64,000 nt of DNA. Source: Eledone cirrhosa (lineage: Eukaryota). Shown here piece by piece: positions 40,144 to 54,200 of this stretch. The translations under genes and the position numbers were made by a program. The stretch spans positions 9,610,001 to 9,674,000 of the forward strand of contig OZ024759.1 in NCBI GenBank assembly GCA_964016885.1, in the 5' to 3' direction. The notes beneath the pieces are model-generated. The model had not been told where the DNA came from, did no database searches, and saw only the letters and a list, made by a program, of their open reading frames with translations. Every line of letters starts with the position of its first letter. Within the stretch, counting starts at the first letter, position 1.

Positions 40144-41785
40144 TAAAGGTTCTCAACGGGGGGCGTTTCTGAACTCCAGGGGGGCGTTTGGGAGCAAGGT
40201 CAATTACCGGACATGCCTGCACACCTGCTCACAGCTGCGGTCAGACTATAGTTATGCTGTCTGCAGCTGTGAGCGGGTGTGCAGGCATGTCCAGTAATCG
40301 AGACGTTAACCGGTAATTGAGATCCTAAAAATGGAAAAACTCACAGTCAACTGGGTCAAAGACACTTTGAGCACAGCCAGTTAGAATCTTGTCTGAAATT
40401 ATTGACTCAACCGTAACGAGTTAACACTATGTAGATCTATTTTATTCCCTATTGTATAAATAATATTACAAATAAAAAAAAGAAAAGAATAAAACAGAAG
40501 CAAGTAGAACACACATCTAGGACCACATACAACACATAATCAGATAATACACACATCTAGGACCACATACAACACATAATCAGATAATACACATGTCTAG
40601 GACCACATACAAGACATAATCAGATAATACACACATCTAGGACCACATACAACACATAATCAGATAATACACACATCTAGGACCACATACAACACATAAT
40701 CATATAATACACACATCTAGGACCACATACAACACATAATCAGATAATACACACGTCTAGGACTACATACAACACATAATCAGATAATACACACGTCTAG
40801 GACCACATACAACACATAATCAAATAATACACACATCTAGGACCACATACAACACATAATCAGATAATACACACATCTAGGACCACATACAACACATAAT
40901 CAGATAATACACACATCTAGGACCACATACAACACATAATCAGATAATACACACGTCTAGGACCACATACAACACATAATCAGATAATACACACATCTAG
41001 GACCACATACAACACATAATCAGATAATACACACGTCTAGGACCACATACAACACATAATCAGATAATACACACATCTAGGACCACATACAACGCATAAT
41101 CAGATAATACACACATCTAGGACCACATACAACACATAATCAGATAATACACACATCTAGGACCACATACAACACATAATCAGATAATACACACATCTAG
41201 GACCACATACAACACATAATCAGATAATACACACATCTAGGACCACATACAACACATAATCAGATAATACACACATCTAGGACCACATACAACACATAAT
41301 CAGATAATACACACATCTAGGACCACATACAACACATAATCAGATAATACACACATCTAGGACCACATACAACACATAATCAGATAATACACACATCTAG
41401 GACCACATACAACACATAATCAGATAATACACACATCTAGGACCACATACAACACATAATCAGATAATACACACATCTAGGACCACATACAACACATAAT
41501 CAGATAATACACACATCTAGGACCACATACAACACATAATCAGATAATACACACGTCTAGGACCACATACAACACATAATCAGGTAATACACACATCTAG
41601 GACCACATACAACACATAATCAGATAATACACACATGTTTGGAATATTGTTAATCAATTTTTTAGTAATCTACTGATATAAAAATCAGTAGTATATTGAA
41701 AAAGGGAAAAAATAGGGTGGTGGGGGAGGGGTGGGTCGTGATTTCGAGGGACAAAAGTTTGGCCTAAATGGGTTGAGAACCTGTG
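40144..41785. mobile_element. hAT (Charlie-like) non-autonomous element with 8-bp TSD TGCTAGAC
   Basis: Ends TAAAGGTTCTCAAC ... GTTGAGAACCTGTG; TGCTAGAC at 40136-40143 and 41786-41793. Confidence 0.88.
40508..41637. repeat. 40-bp satellite inside the hAT element (ACACATCTAGGACCACATACAACACATAATCAGATAATAC), about 28 copies
   Basis: Direct periodicity. Confidence 0.97.
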
Positions 41786-43783
41786 TGCTAGACTATCCTA
41801 TGACAGCCATATCAGAGACTCTAGATCTGACCTGTTCTGTCAGACTATCCTATGACAGCCATATCAGAGACTCTAGATCTGACCTGTTCTGTCAGACTAT
41901 CCTATGACAGCCATATCAGAGACTCTAGATGTGACCTGTTCTGTCAGACTATCCTATGATAGCCATATCATAGACTCTAGATCTGACCTGTTCTGTCAGA
42001 CTATCCTATGACAGCTATATCAGAGACTCTAGATCTGACCTGTTCTGCTAGACTATCCTATGATAGCCATATCAGAGACTCTAGATGTGACCTGTTCTGC
42101 TAGACTATCCTATGATAACCATATCAGAGACTCTAGATCTGACCTGTTCTGTCAGACTATCCTATGACAGCCATATCATAGACTCTAGATCTGACCTGTT
42201 CTGTCAGACTATCCTATGATAGCTATATCAGAGACTCTAGATCTGACCTGTTCTGTCAGACTATCCTATGATAGCCATATCATAGACTCTAGATGTGACC
42301 TGTTCTGTCAGACTATCCTATGACAGCCATATCAGAGACTCTAGATCTGACCTGTTCTATTAGACTATCCTATGATAGCCATATCAGAGACTCTAGATCT
42401 GACCTGTTCTATTAGACTATCCTATGATAGCCATATCAGAGACTCTAGATCTGACCTGTTCTGTCAGACTATCCTATGACAGCTATATCAGAGACTCTAG
42501 ATCTGACCTGTTCTGCTAGACTATCCTATGATAGCCATATCAGAGACTCTAGATGTGACCTGTTCTGCTAGACTATCCTATGATAACCATATCAGAGACT
42601 CTAGATGTGACCTGTTCTGTCAGACTATCCTATGATAGCCATATCAGAGACTCTAGATCTGACCTGTTCTGTCAGACTATCCTATGATAGCCATATCAGA
42701 GACTCTAGATGTGACCTGTTCTGTCAGACTATCCTATGATAGCCATATCAGAGACTCTAGATGTGACCTGTTCTGCTAGACTATCCTATGATAGCCATAT
42801 CAGAGACTCTAGATCTGACCTGTTCTGCTAGACTATCCTATGATAACCATATCAGAGACTCTAGATGTGACCTGTTCTGTCAGACTATCCTATGATAGCT
42901 ATATCAGAGTCTCTAGATGTGACCTGTTCTGTCAGACTATCCTATGATAGCCATATCATAGACTCTAGATCTGACCTGTTGTGTCAGACTATCCTATGAC
43001 AGCCATATCAGAGACTCTAGATGTGACCTGTTCTGTCAGACTATCCTATGACAGCCATATCAGAGACTCTAGATGTGACCTGTTCTGTCAGACTATCCTA
43101 TGATAGCCATATCAGAGACTCTAGATGTGACCTGTTCTGTTAGACTATCCTATGACAGCTATATCATAGACTCTAGATGTGACCTGTTCTGTCAGACTAT
43201 CCTATGACAGCTATATCAGAGACTCTAGATGTGACCTGATCTGTCAGACTATCCTATGATAGCTATATCATAGACTCTAGATGTGACCTGATCTGTCAGA
43301 GGCACCACACGTACAGTGTGGCTTTTCACCACTCAGGTCTATCTACAGGCTGAGAGAGGTTAGGTGCTCAGCTTCAATGAACATATATTGTGTGTCATCA
43401 GTTCATTGAGTGGCAAATTATACAATCACTAAAAACATAATTGTTATAAAATTCCAGGAGCTTCAACAGCTGGAAATGAGGTTTGAAAATTCCATAAAAT
43501 TTATTAGAATTACTCAAAGCAAAGCTTAGAAAGACTGCAAAGAAATACATTGGTACTACCAGACATCCACGGAGATGAGTAGGAACAGATGATATAAAGA
43601 TAAGATTATAGTTATTAAAATATAAATATATAGTTATATATAAGACAGAAAGACTCATATATCAGACATAATTCTTCAACTGTATATAGAGTACTTTAAT
43701 AATTAGGGAATAGAACCATTAAAAAATATATATGAAACATACAAACAGACAAGGGCACCCTGCTATAGAAATCATGCCTTAAA

Positions 43784-44100
43784 GGGTAGAGAATACCCTT
43801 TAGTTGAGTGAAAGACAACAGACTCTCTACTGATTGTGATCTACATGATAAACACACCCAGTACACTCTGTAAAGTGGCTGCTGGTGGGGTAGAGAATAC
43901 CCTTTAGTTGAGTGAAAGACAACACACTCTCTACTGATTGTGATCTACACGATAAACACACCCAGTACACTCTGTAAAGTGGCTGCTGGTAGGGTAGAGA
44001 ATACTCTTTAGTTGAGTGAAAGACAACACACTCTCTACTGATTGTGATCTACACGATAAACACACCCAGTACACTCTGTAAAGTGGCTGCTGGTAGGAAA
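43784..44100. repeat. ~104-bp unit x3, containing a SINE-like cacccagtacactctgtaaagtgg segment
   Basis: Seen directly. Confidence 0.8.
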
Positions 44101-44149
44101 GGAATCCTCTGTAGAAAGCTTGCCAGACAAAAGTTTGAAAGGACCATTT

Positions 44150-45342
44150 AGTTTATGTCAAAAGACATGACAACTTCTCCGTACTTGATATGACTGTACG
44201 TAAGTAGGAGTTTATGTCAAAAGACATGACAACTTCTCCGTACTTGATATGACTGTACGTAAGTAGTTTATGTCAAAAGACATGACAACTTCTCTGTATT
44301 TGATATGACTGTACGTAAGTAGGAGTTTATGTCAAAAGACATGACAACTTCTCCGTACTTGATATGACTGTACGTAAGTAGGAGTTTATGTCAAAAGACA
44401 TGACAACTTCTCTGTATTTGATATGACTGTACGTAAGTAGGAGTTTATGTCAAAAGACATGACAACTTCTCCGTACTTGATATGACTGTACGTAAGTAGG
44501 AGTTTATGTCAAAAGACATGACAACTTCTCTGTATTTGATATGACTGTACGTAAGTAGGAGTTTATGTCAAAAGACATGACAACTTCTCTGTATTTGATA
44601 TGTCTGTACGTAAGTAGGAGTTTATGTCAAAAGACATGACAACTTCTCCGTACTTGATATGACTGTACGTAAGTAGTTTATGTCAAAAGACATGACAACT
44701 TCTCCGTACTTGATATGTCTGTACGTAAGTAGGAGTTTATGTCAAAAGACATGACAACTTCTCCGTACTTGATATGACTGTACGTAAGTAGTTTATGTCA
44801 AAAGACATGACAACTTCTCCGTACTTGATATGTCTGTACGTAAGTAGGAGTTTATGTCAAAAGACATGACAACTTCTCCGTACTTGATATGACTGTACGT
44901 AAGTAGTTTATGTCAAAAGACATGACAACTTCTCCGTACTTGATATGACTGTACGTAAGTAGTTTATGTCAAAAGACATGACAACTTCTCCGTACTTGAT
45001 ATGCCTGTACGTAAGTAGGAGTTTATGTCAAAAGACATGACAACTTCTCCGTACTTGATATGACTGTACGTAAGTAGTTTATGTCAAAAGACATGACAAC
45101 TTCTCCGTACTTGATATGTCTGTACGTAAGTAGGAGTTTATGTCAAAAGACATGACAACTTCTCCGTACTTGATATGTCTGTACGTAAGTAGGAGTTTAT
45201 GTCAAAAGACATGACAACTTCTCCGTACTTGATATGACTGTACGTAAGTAGTTTATGTCAAAAGACATGACAACTTCTCCGTACTTGATATGACTGTACG
45301 TAAGTAGTTTATGTCAAAAGACATGACAACTTCTCCGTAAGT
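44150..45342. repeat. 56/59-bp satellite (AGTTTATGTCAAAAGACATGACAACTTCTCCGTACTTGATATGACTGTACGTAAGT[AGG]), about 21 copies
   Basis: Direct periodicity. Confidence 0.95.
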
Positions 45343-45777
45343 AAAATACAAACACCTTCAGCTGGTCAGTAGTCCTGCTTCAGTACTGGCTTGGACCATT
45401 TAAACCTGTCCAACCCATGCTAGCAAGGAAAACAGACATTAGATGATGATGATGATGATATATATATACACACATATATACATATACATACATATATATA
45501 CATCATCATCACCGTTTTACGTCCGTTCTTCCACGCTAGCATGGGTTAGACGGGTTGTCCTGTCGTGGGCAGTGTCTGGTCGGCTGACCATGCCTTGCGC
45601 ATACAGGAACTGATTTGGCTTGATTTCTACAGCTGGATGTCCTTCCTAACACCAACCTCATTTACAGTGAGTGCTGGGCGCTTTTTTGCCGTGGCACCTC
45701 CACATCCACTTTAAAGTGGGAAGGGATGGGGGGCATATTGTCTATATGCTTCAGCTTCGACTTGTACCTGTGGGAAG

Positions 45778-46044
45778 TCAGGTCTTCTGTATTACTGTGT
45801 GACGCCAGAGGTCATGGTCCTGTATCATCGCCTTTGAGAGGTGCAATTGGGCAAGGTCAGCTTTTATCACTTTAACCCAAGTCTTGTTGGGTCTTCCCAC
45901 TCCACGGCTTCCATCGACTTCTAGTTCTCTGCACCTTTTTATGCAGCTGTCATCCTTCATACGCATCACATGTATATATATATATATATATGTGTGTGTG
46001 TATGTATATATGTATATATATATATATGTATGTATGTATATATG

Positions 46045-46075
<31 letters not shown>

Positions 46076-46291
46076 ATGTATATATATATATGTATATATA
46101 TATATATGTATGTATATATATATATGTGTGTGTGTGTATGTATATATATGTATGTATGTATATATGTATATATATACGTATATATCAGTAACCAGGGTAA
46201 GAATGGGATGGAAGAAGTTCAGGGAGCTACTGCCACTGCTAGCTGCAAAAGGCTTTTCCCTCAAAATAAAAGGCAGACTGTATGATGCGTG

Positions 46292-46325
<34 letters not shown>

Positions 46326-46612
46326 GTTTAACGTCCATCTTCCACGCTTGCATGGGTTTGGACGGGAGTTTTCCCACTTGAGGCAAGAGTGGTTGTCTTG
46401 CTCGCATAGGACTGTCTGGCTGGTTTTCTACGGCTGGATGCCCTTCCTAACACCAACCACATTTACAGTGTGGAACTGGGAGGTTTTGACCGTGTTACCT
46501 ACATGGCCTACAAACAGCAATGTTACATGGTAGTGAGACCTGGGCGTTGTGTGTAGAAGACGTGTGTAGATTAGAATGAAATGAAGCATGCATCTCCAAT
46601 GGATGTGTAATA
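45778..46612 (-). mobile_element. RTE LINE 3' fragment with inverted upstream piece, split by a microsatellite and a SINE
   Basis: 45778-45969(-) [19 protein letters not shown]; 46187-46293(+) [22 protein letters not shown]; 46509-46612(+) QTAMLHGSETW; same family as 15890-16600. Confidence 0.8.
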
Positions 46613-46716
46613 ATATAATTATTGGGAGGGGGGGGGATATATATATATATGTATATATGTATACATATACATGTATATATGTGTATATATATACATATAT
46701 ATACATATATATAGAT

Positions 46717-47104
46717 GGAGGCACATGGCTTAGTGGTTAGAGCATTGGCCTTGTAATCGAAAGGTTGTGAGTTCAATTCTCAGACCGGGTGATGTGTTGT
46801 TTCCTTGAGCAAGACACTTTATTTCACATTGCTCCAGTTTACTCAGCTGTAGAAATGAGTAGATCGGACTGGGGTCCCTATCATTCCACTGTAAAGTGGT
46901 CGTGGAGGTGCCACGACAAAAAAGCACCCAGTCCACACTGTAAAGTGGATGTGTAGGCGCCTCGGAAAAAAAGCACCCAGCACTCACTGTAAATGAGGTT
47001 GGTGTTAGGAAGGGCATCCAGCTGTAGAAATCAAGCCAGAATCAGTATCCGTCTCACCCTTGCAAGCAGGGAAAAGCGGACGTAAAATGATGATGATGAT
47101 GATG

Positions 47105-47105
<1 letters not shown>
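46717..47105 (+). mobile_element. Full-length tRNA-derived SINE (family A) with a duplicated internal unit
   Basis: A/B boxes and tail as at 6180; two copies of the aaaagcacccag..cactgtaaa unit. Confidence 0.88.
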
Positions 47106-47135
<30 letters not shown>

Positions 47136-47729
47136 TATATATATATACACATATATACATATATACGTATACATATATATACCCCCCCAATAATTATATT
47201 TTTCTTCCCAAACTACCAAAACACACCTCTATTTACATATGTGCTACAATTTATGTACATGTTATGTTTATTGAATATAAAAGTATTTTATATCTAACAG
47301 CTAAACTAAGCACTGCAACTAAATTGGACAAAATTTTGTCTCCCCCACTTCAGAAATGTTTCCCCCACTCCTGTCACAGGAGGAGAGCATGTATGTTCTG
47401 TTTTGTCAGCCATTTTGGAGAAATATTTCTTCGCTAGCCTGAAAACACAGCTGTTAAATAGTGTTGATATATTATTTTAATATTAATGTCAGATGTCAAA
47501 AGAAGGACACTTACATGTTATGAAAATATTTATAAGCCTTGTTAGCTGGGAAAACAGACATTAATTGATGATATAGGTGTAAAATAATATCTTAAAATAC
47601 TTTAGAAATTTTTAAAAGTTAATTCAGGAAAGTAATAATAATCTGAAACAACATACAGCAGTTCTGCCATCAAGTTGTGAGAACATAGATATATATGCAC
47701 GAATCTATTTTCACAAATAGTACACACAC

Positions 47730-49280
47730 ACATGTACACCAGGTCAGTATACATAGGAACCAAACTCCCACTGTCATCACCTCCATCTCTCCTGCCCTCC
47801 CCATCTCTCATGTATACCAGGTCAGTATACATAGGAACCAAACTCCCACTGTCATCACCTCCATCTCTCCTGCCCTCCCCATCTCTCATGTACACCAGGT
47901 CAGTATACATAGGAAACCAAACTCCCACTGTCATCACCTCCATCTCTCCTGCCCTCCCCATCTCTCATGTACACCAGGTCAGTATACATAGGAAACCAAA
48001 CTCCCACTGTCATCACCTCCATCTCTCCTGCCCTCCCCATCTCTCATGTACACCAGGTCAGTATACATAGGAAACCAAACTCCCACTGTCATCACCTCCA
48101 TCTCTCCTGCCCTCCCCATCTCTCATGTACACCAGGTCTGAACACAGAGGCATCAAAGTCCCACTGTCATCACCTCCATCTCTCCTGCCCTCCCCGTCTC
48201 TCATGTACTCCAGGTCTGAACACAGAGGAACCAAACTCCCACTGTCATCACCTCCTTCTCTCCTGCCCTCCCCATCTCTCATGTACCCCAGGTCCGAACA
48301 CAGAGGAACCAAATTCCCACTGTCATCACCTCCATCTCTCCTGCCCTCCCCATCTCTCATGTACCCCAGGTCTGAACACAGAGGAACCAAACTCCCACTG
48401 TCATCACCTCCATCTCTCCTGCCCTCCCCATCTCTCATGTACCCCAAGTCCGAACACAGAGGAACCAAACTCCCACTGTCATCACCTCCATCTCTCCTGC
48501 CCTCCCCATCTCTCATGTACCCCAGGTCCGAACACAGAGGAACCAAACTCCCACTGTCATCACCTCCATCTCTCCTGCCCTCCCCATCTCTCATGTACCC
48601 CAAGTCCGAACACAGAGGAACCAAACTCCCACTGTCATCACCTCCATCTCTCCTGCCCTCCCCATCTCTCATGTACCCCAAGTCCGAACACAGAGGAACC
48701 AAACTCCCACTGTCATCACCTCAATCTCTCCTGCCCTCCCCATCTCTCATGTACCCCAGGTCCGAACACAGAGGAATCAAACTCCAACTGTCATCACCTC
48801 AATCTCTCCTGCCCTCCCCATCTCTCATGTACCCCAGGTCCGAACACAGAGGAACCAAACTCCCACTGTCATCACCTCAATCTCTCCTGCCCTCCCCATC
48901 TCTCATGTACCCCAGGTCCAAACACAGAGGAACCAAACTCCCACTGTCATCACCTCCATCTCTCCTGCCCTCCCCATCTCTCATGTACCCCAGGTCCAAA
49001 CACAGAGGAACCAAACTCCCACTGTCATCACCTCCATCTCTCCTGCCCTCCCCATCTCTCATGTACCCCAGGTCTGAACACAGAGGCACCAAACTCCCAC
49101 TGTCATCACCTCCATCTCTCCTGCCCTCCCCATCTCTCATGTACCCCAGGTCCAAACACAGAGGAACCAAACTCCCACTGTCGTCACCTCCATCTCTCCT
49201 GCCCTCCCCATTTCTCATGTACCCCAGGTCCAAACACAGAGGAATCAAACTCCAACTGTCATCACCTCAATCTCTCCCCA
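47730..49280. repeat. 78/79-bp satellite, about 20 copies
   Basis: Direct periodicity (26-aa repeat pseudo-ORFs). Confidence 0.95.
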
Positions 49281-49297
49281 TCACACGTGTGTGTGAT

Positions 49298-49330
<33 letters not shown>

Positions 49331-49866
49331 CTGTGTTTGCGTGTTTATATTTATATACTCATACATATAAATGTATACACACACACACACATACATGTCA
49401 GCGTGTTGAAATAAATCCTAGTTTATTCAAATTTCCATTGGCAGTATCGGTAGAGGATCGGATGCCATGCTTTGAAGCATAGAGTTACCTCCCTTTATGA
49501 TCTGAGTTCAAATCCCGCCGAGGTTAACTTTGCCTTTCATCCTTCCGGGGTCGATAAAATAAAGTACCAGTAATGCACTGGGATAATTGCTGGCCTTGTG
49601 CCAAAAGTAGAAATAATTATTACGACTATATGGATTGGCAGTATCGGTAGAGGGTCGGGCGCCATTCTTTGACGCATAGAGTTACGGCCCTTGCCATTCT
49701 GAGTTCAAATCCCACCGAGGTTGACTTTGCCTTTCATCCTTACGGGGGTCGATAAAATAAAGTACCAGTAATGCACTGGGGTAATTGCTGGCCTTGTGCC
49801 TAAAGTAGAAACAATTATTAATTTGTTTATTTGTTTGTTGTAATATATTTTTGTTCTCTTCACCAG

Positions 49867-50137
49867 ATTGCCAGCAGACGTGTGTTTCAAATTGTAGGAG
49901 TTATTTACATGTTATTTGGAATTCTGGGCAAAATGGGGGCATTTTTTGTGACAATCCCAATGCCAGTTTTAGGGGGGGTTCAGCTCATATACTTCGGATC
50001 TTTCATCGGAGTTATATTATCAAATATGCATAAGATAGAAATGAATCACCGTAACATGAGTATCATCGGAGTTTCAATCATGTTTGGTGTTGCCATACCA
50101 ATATGGAGTCGTGACCACAGTGAGGAGTATGCTACAG
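49867..50137 (+). CDS. SLC23A: SLC23 exon (IASRRVFQIVG...GKMGAFFVTIPMPVLGG...RNMSIIGVSIMFGVAIPIW...ATG)
   Basis: caccag|ATT ... ACA G|gtatgt; phase 0 to 1; 'SRRV', 'IP.PVLGG' and 'RN..I.G.S' motifs. Confidence 0.96.
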
Positions 50138-50179
50138 GTATGTTGTTGCTCTACCAGTTGTTTTTTTTTTTTCTGTGAC

Positions 50180-53100
50180 ACTAACATGGGTTAGATGAGT
50201 TGTCCCTTTCAAGGCAAGTTGGTTCGAGTGACCGTGTCTTGCCCTTACAGAACTGTTTCTATCTAGGTTTCTACAGCTGGATGTCCTCCCTAATGCCGAC
50301 CACATTCACGGTGTGGACTGGGTGCTTTTTGTCATGACACCTACATGACCACTTTACAGTGTGGACTAGGTGCTTTTTGTTGTGACACCTACATGACCAC
50401 TTTACAGTGTGGACTGGGTGCTTTTTGTCGTGACACCTACATGACCACTTTACAGTGTGGACTAGGTACTTTTTGTCATGACTCCTACACAACTACTTCA
50501 CAGTGTGGACTGGGTACTTTTTGTCATGTCACCTACACAACCATTTTACAGTGTGGACTGGGTACTTTTTGTCAAGACACTTACATGACCACTTTACAGT
50601 GTGGACTGGGGGCTTTTTGTCATGACACCTACACTACCACTTTACAGTGTGGGCTGGGTGCTTTTTGTCATGACACCTACATGACCACTTTACAGTGTGG
50701 GCTGGGTACTTTTGTTGTGACTCCTACATGACCATTTTCTAGTGTGGGCTGGTTGCTTTTTGTCATGACTCCTACACAACTACTTCACAGTGTGGACTGG
50801 GTACTTTTTGTGATGACACCTACATGACCAATTTACAGTGTGGACTAGGTGCTTTTTGTCGTGACACCTACATGACCACTTTACAGTGTGGACTGGGTGC
50901 TTTTTGTCGTGACACCTACATGACCACTTTACAGTGTGGACTAGGTGCTTTTTGTTGTGACACCTACATGACCACTTTACAGTGTGGACTGGGTGCTTTT
51001 TGTCGTGACACCTACATGACCACTTTACAGTGTGGACTGGGTGCTTTTTGTCGTGACACCTACATGACCACTTTACAGTGTGGACTGGGTGCTTTTTGTC
51101 GTGACATCTACATGACCACTTTACAGTGTGGACTGGGTGCTTTTTGTCGTGACACCTACATGACCACTTTACAGTGTGGACTGGGTGCTTTTTGTCGTAA
51201 CATCTACATGACCACTTTACAGTGTGGACTGGGTGCTTTTTTGTCGTGACACCTACATGACCACTTTACAGTGTGGACTAGGTGCTTTTTGTTGTGACAC
51301 CTACATGACCACTTTACAGTGTGGACTGGGTGCTTTTTGTCGTGACACCTACATGACCACTTTACAGTGTGGACTGGGTGCTTTTTGTCGTGACACCTAC
51401 ATGACCACTTTACAGTGTGGACTAGGTGCTTTTTGTCGTGACACCTACATGACCACTTTACAGTGTGGACTGGGTGCTTTTTGTCGTGACACCTACATAA
51501 CCACTTTACAGTGTGGACTGGGTGCTTTTTGTCGTGACACCTACATGACCACTTTACAGTGTGGATTGGGTGCTTTTTGTCGTGACACCTACATGACCAC
51601 TTTACGGTGTGGACTGGGTGCTTTTTGTCGTGACACCTACATGACCACTTTACAGTGTGGACTAGGTGCTTTTTTGTCGTGACACCTACATGACCACTTT
51701 ACAGTGTGGACTGGGTGCTTTTTGTCGTGACACCTACATAACCACTTTACAGTGTGGACTGGGTGCTTTTTGTCGTGACATCTACATGACCACTTTACAG
51801 TGTGGACTGGGTGCTTTTTGTCGTGACACCTACATGACCACTTTACAGTGTGGACTAGGTGCTTTTTGTTGTGACACCTACATGACCACTTTACAGTGTG
51901 GGCTGGGTACTTTTGTTGTGACTCCTACATGACCACTTTACAGTGTGGACTGGGTGCTTTTTGTCGTGACACCTACATGACCACTTTACAGTGTGGACTA
52001 GGTGCTTTTTGTTGTGACACCTACATGACCACTTTACAGTGTGGACTGGGTGCTTTTTGTCGTGACACCTACATGACCACTTTACAGTGTGGACTGGGTG
52101 CTTTTTGTCGTGACACCTACATGACCACTTTACAGTGTGGACTAGGTGCTTTTTGTTGTGACACCTACATGACCACTTTACAGTGTGGACTGGGTGCTTT
52201 TTGTCGTGACACCTACATGACCACTTTACAGTGTGGACTGGGTGCTTTTTGTCGTGACACCTACATGACCACTTTACAGTGTGGACTGGGTGCTTTTTGT
52301 CGTGACACCTACATGACCACTTTACAGTGTGGACTGGGTGCTTTTTGTCGTGACACCTACATGACCACTTTACAGTGTGGACTGGGTGCTTTTTGTCGTG
52401 ACACCTACATGACCACTTTACAGTGTGGACTAGGTGCTTTTTGTTGTGACACCTACATAACCACTTTACAGTGTGGACTGGGTGCTTTTTGTTGTGACAC
52501 CTACATAACCACTTTACAGTGTGGACTGGGTGCTTTTTGTCGTGACACCTACATGACCACTTTACAGTGTGGACTGGGTGCTTTTTGTTGTGACACCTAC
52601 ATGACCACTTTACAGTGTGGACTGGGTGCTTTTTGTTGTGACACCTACATGACCACTTTACAGTGTGGACTGGGTGCTTTTTGTCGTGACACCTACATGA
52701 CGACTTTACAGTGTGGACTGGGTGCTTTTTGTTGTGACACCTACATGACTTTACAGTGTGGACTGGGTACTTTTTGTCATGACACCTACATGACCACTTT
52801 ACAGTGTGGACTAGGTGCTTTTTGTCGTGACACCTACTTGACCACTTTACAGTGTGGGCTGGGGCTTTTTGACATGACACCTACTTGACCACTTTACTGT
52901 GTGGGCTGGGTACTTTTTGTCGTGACACCTACATGACCATTTTACAGTGTCGACTGGGGGCTTTTTGTCATGACACCTACTTGACCACTTTACAGTGTGG
53001 ACTGGGTACTTTTTGTCATGACTCCTACACAACTACTTCACAGTGTGGACTGGGTACTTTTTGTCATGTCACCTACACAACCATTTTACAGTGTGGACTG

Positions 53101-54200
53101 GGTACTTTTTGTCAAGACACTTACATGACCACTTTACAGTGTGGACTGGGGGCTTTTTGTCATGACACCTACACTACCACTTTACAGTGTGGGCTGGGTG
53201 CTTTTTGTCATGACACCTACATGACCACTTTACAGTGTGGGCTGGGTACTTTTGTTGTGACTCCTACATGACCATTTTCTCGTGTGGGCTGGTTGCTTTT
53301 TGTCATGACTCCTACACAACTACTTCACAGTGTGGACTGGGTACTTTTTGTGATGACACCTACATGACCAATTTACAGTGTGGACTAGGTGCTTTTTGTC
53401 GTAACACCTACTTGACCACTTTACAGTGTGGACTGGGGCTTTTTGTCATGACACCTACTTGACCACTTTACAGTGTGGACTGGATACTTTTTGTCGTGAC
53501 ACCTACACAACCACTTTACAGTGAGTACTGGGTGCTTTTTGTCATGACTCCTACACAACTACTTCACAGTGTGGACCGTGTACTTTTTGTCATGACACCT
53601 ACACAACCACTTTACAGTGTGTACTAGGTGCTTTTTGTCGTGACACCTACTTGACCACTTTACAGTGTAGACTGGGGCTTTTTGTCATCACACCTACTTG
53701 ACCATTTTACAGTGTGGACTGGGTACTTTTTGTCATGACACCTACATGACCATTTTACAGTGTGGGCTGGGTACTTTTTGTCATGACACCTACATGACCA
53801 CTTTACAGTGTGGAGTAGGTGCTTTTTGTTGTGACTCCTACATGACCACTTTCTAGTGTGGGCTGGATGCTTTTTGTCATGACTCCTACACAACTACTTC
53901 ACAGTGTGGACTGTGTACTTTTTGTCATGACACCTACACAACCACTTTACAGTGTGGACTGGGTGGTTTTTATCGTGACACCTACACGACCACTGTAAAG
54001 TGGTCGTGTAGGTATCATGACAAAATACACCCAGTCCACACTTTAAATATGGTTGGCATTAGGAAGGGCATCCAGCTGTAGAAACCTAGCCAGAAACAGT
54101 TCTGTAAGAGCAAGTCACGGTCACTTGACCCAACTTGCCTCTAATGGGACAAACCCGTCTAACCCATACTAACATGGAAAATAGACGTTAAATGATGATA
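50180..54200. repeat. About 3.7 kb SINE-derived 48-bp array bracketed by inverted SINE 3' halves
   Basis: SINE tail on (-) at 50180-50320, array to 53990, SINE 3' half on (+) at 53990-54200. Confidence 0.9.

Larger units (their letters stand above)
38348..43300. repeat. 52-bp satellite (GACTCTAGATGTGACCTGTTCTGTCAGACTATCCTATGACAGCCATATCAGA), interrupted by a hAT MITE
   Basis: Direct periodicity at 38348-40143 and 41786-43300. Confidence 0.96.

Noticed and set aside
43440-43580. YKIP and KYIGTT fragments suggesting a GIY-YIG nuclease relic
   Set aside because: The motifs are about 100 nt apart and interrupted by stops or frameshifts; too weak without a profile search.
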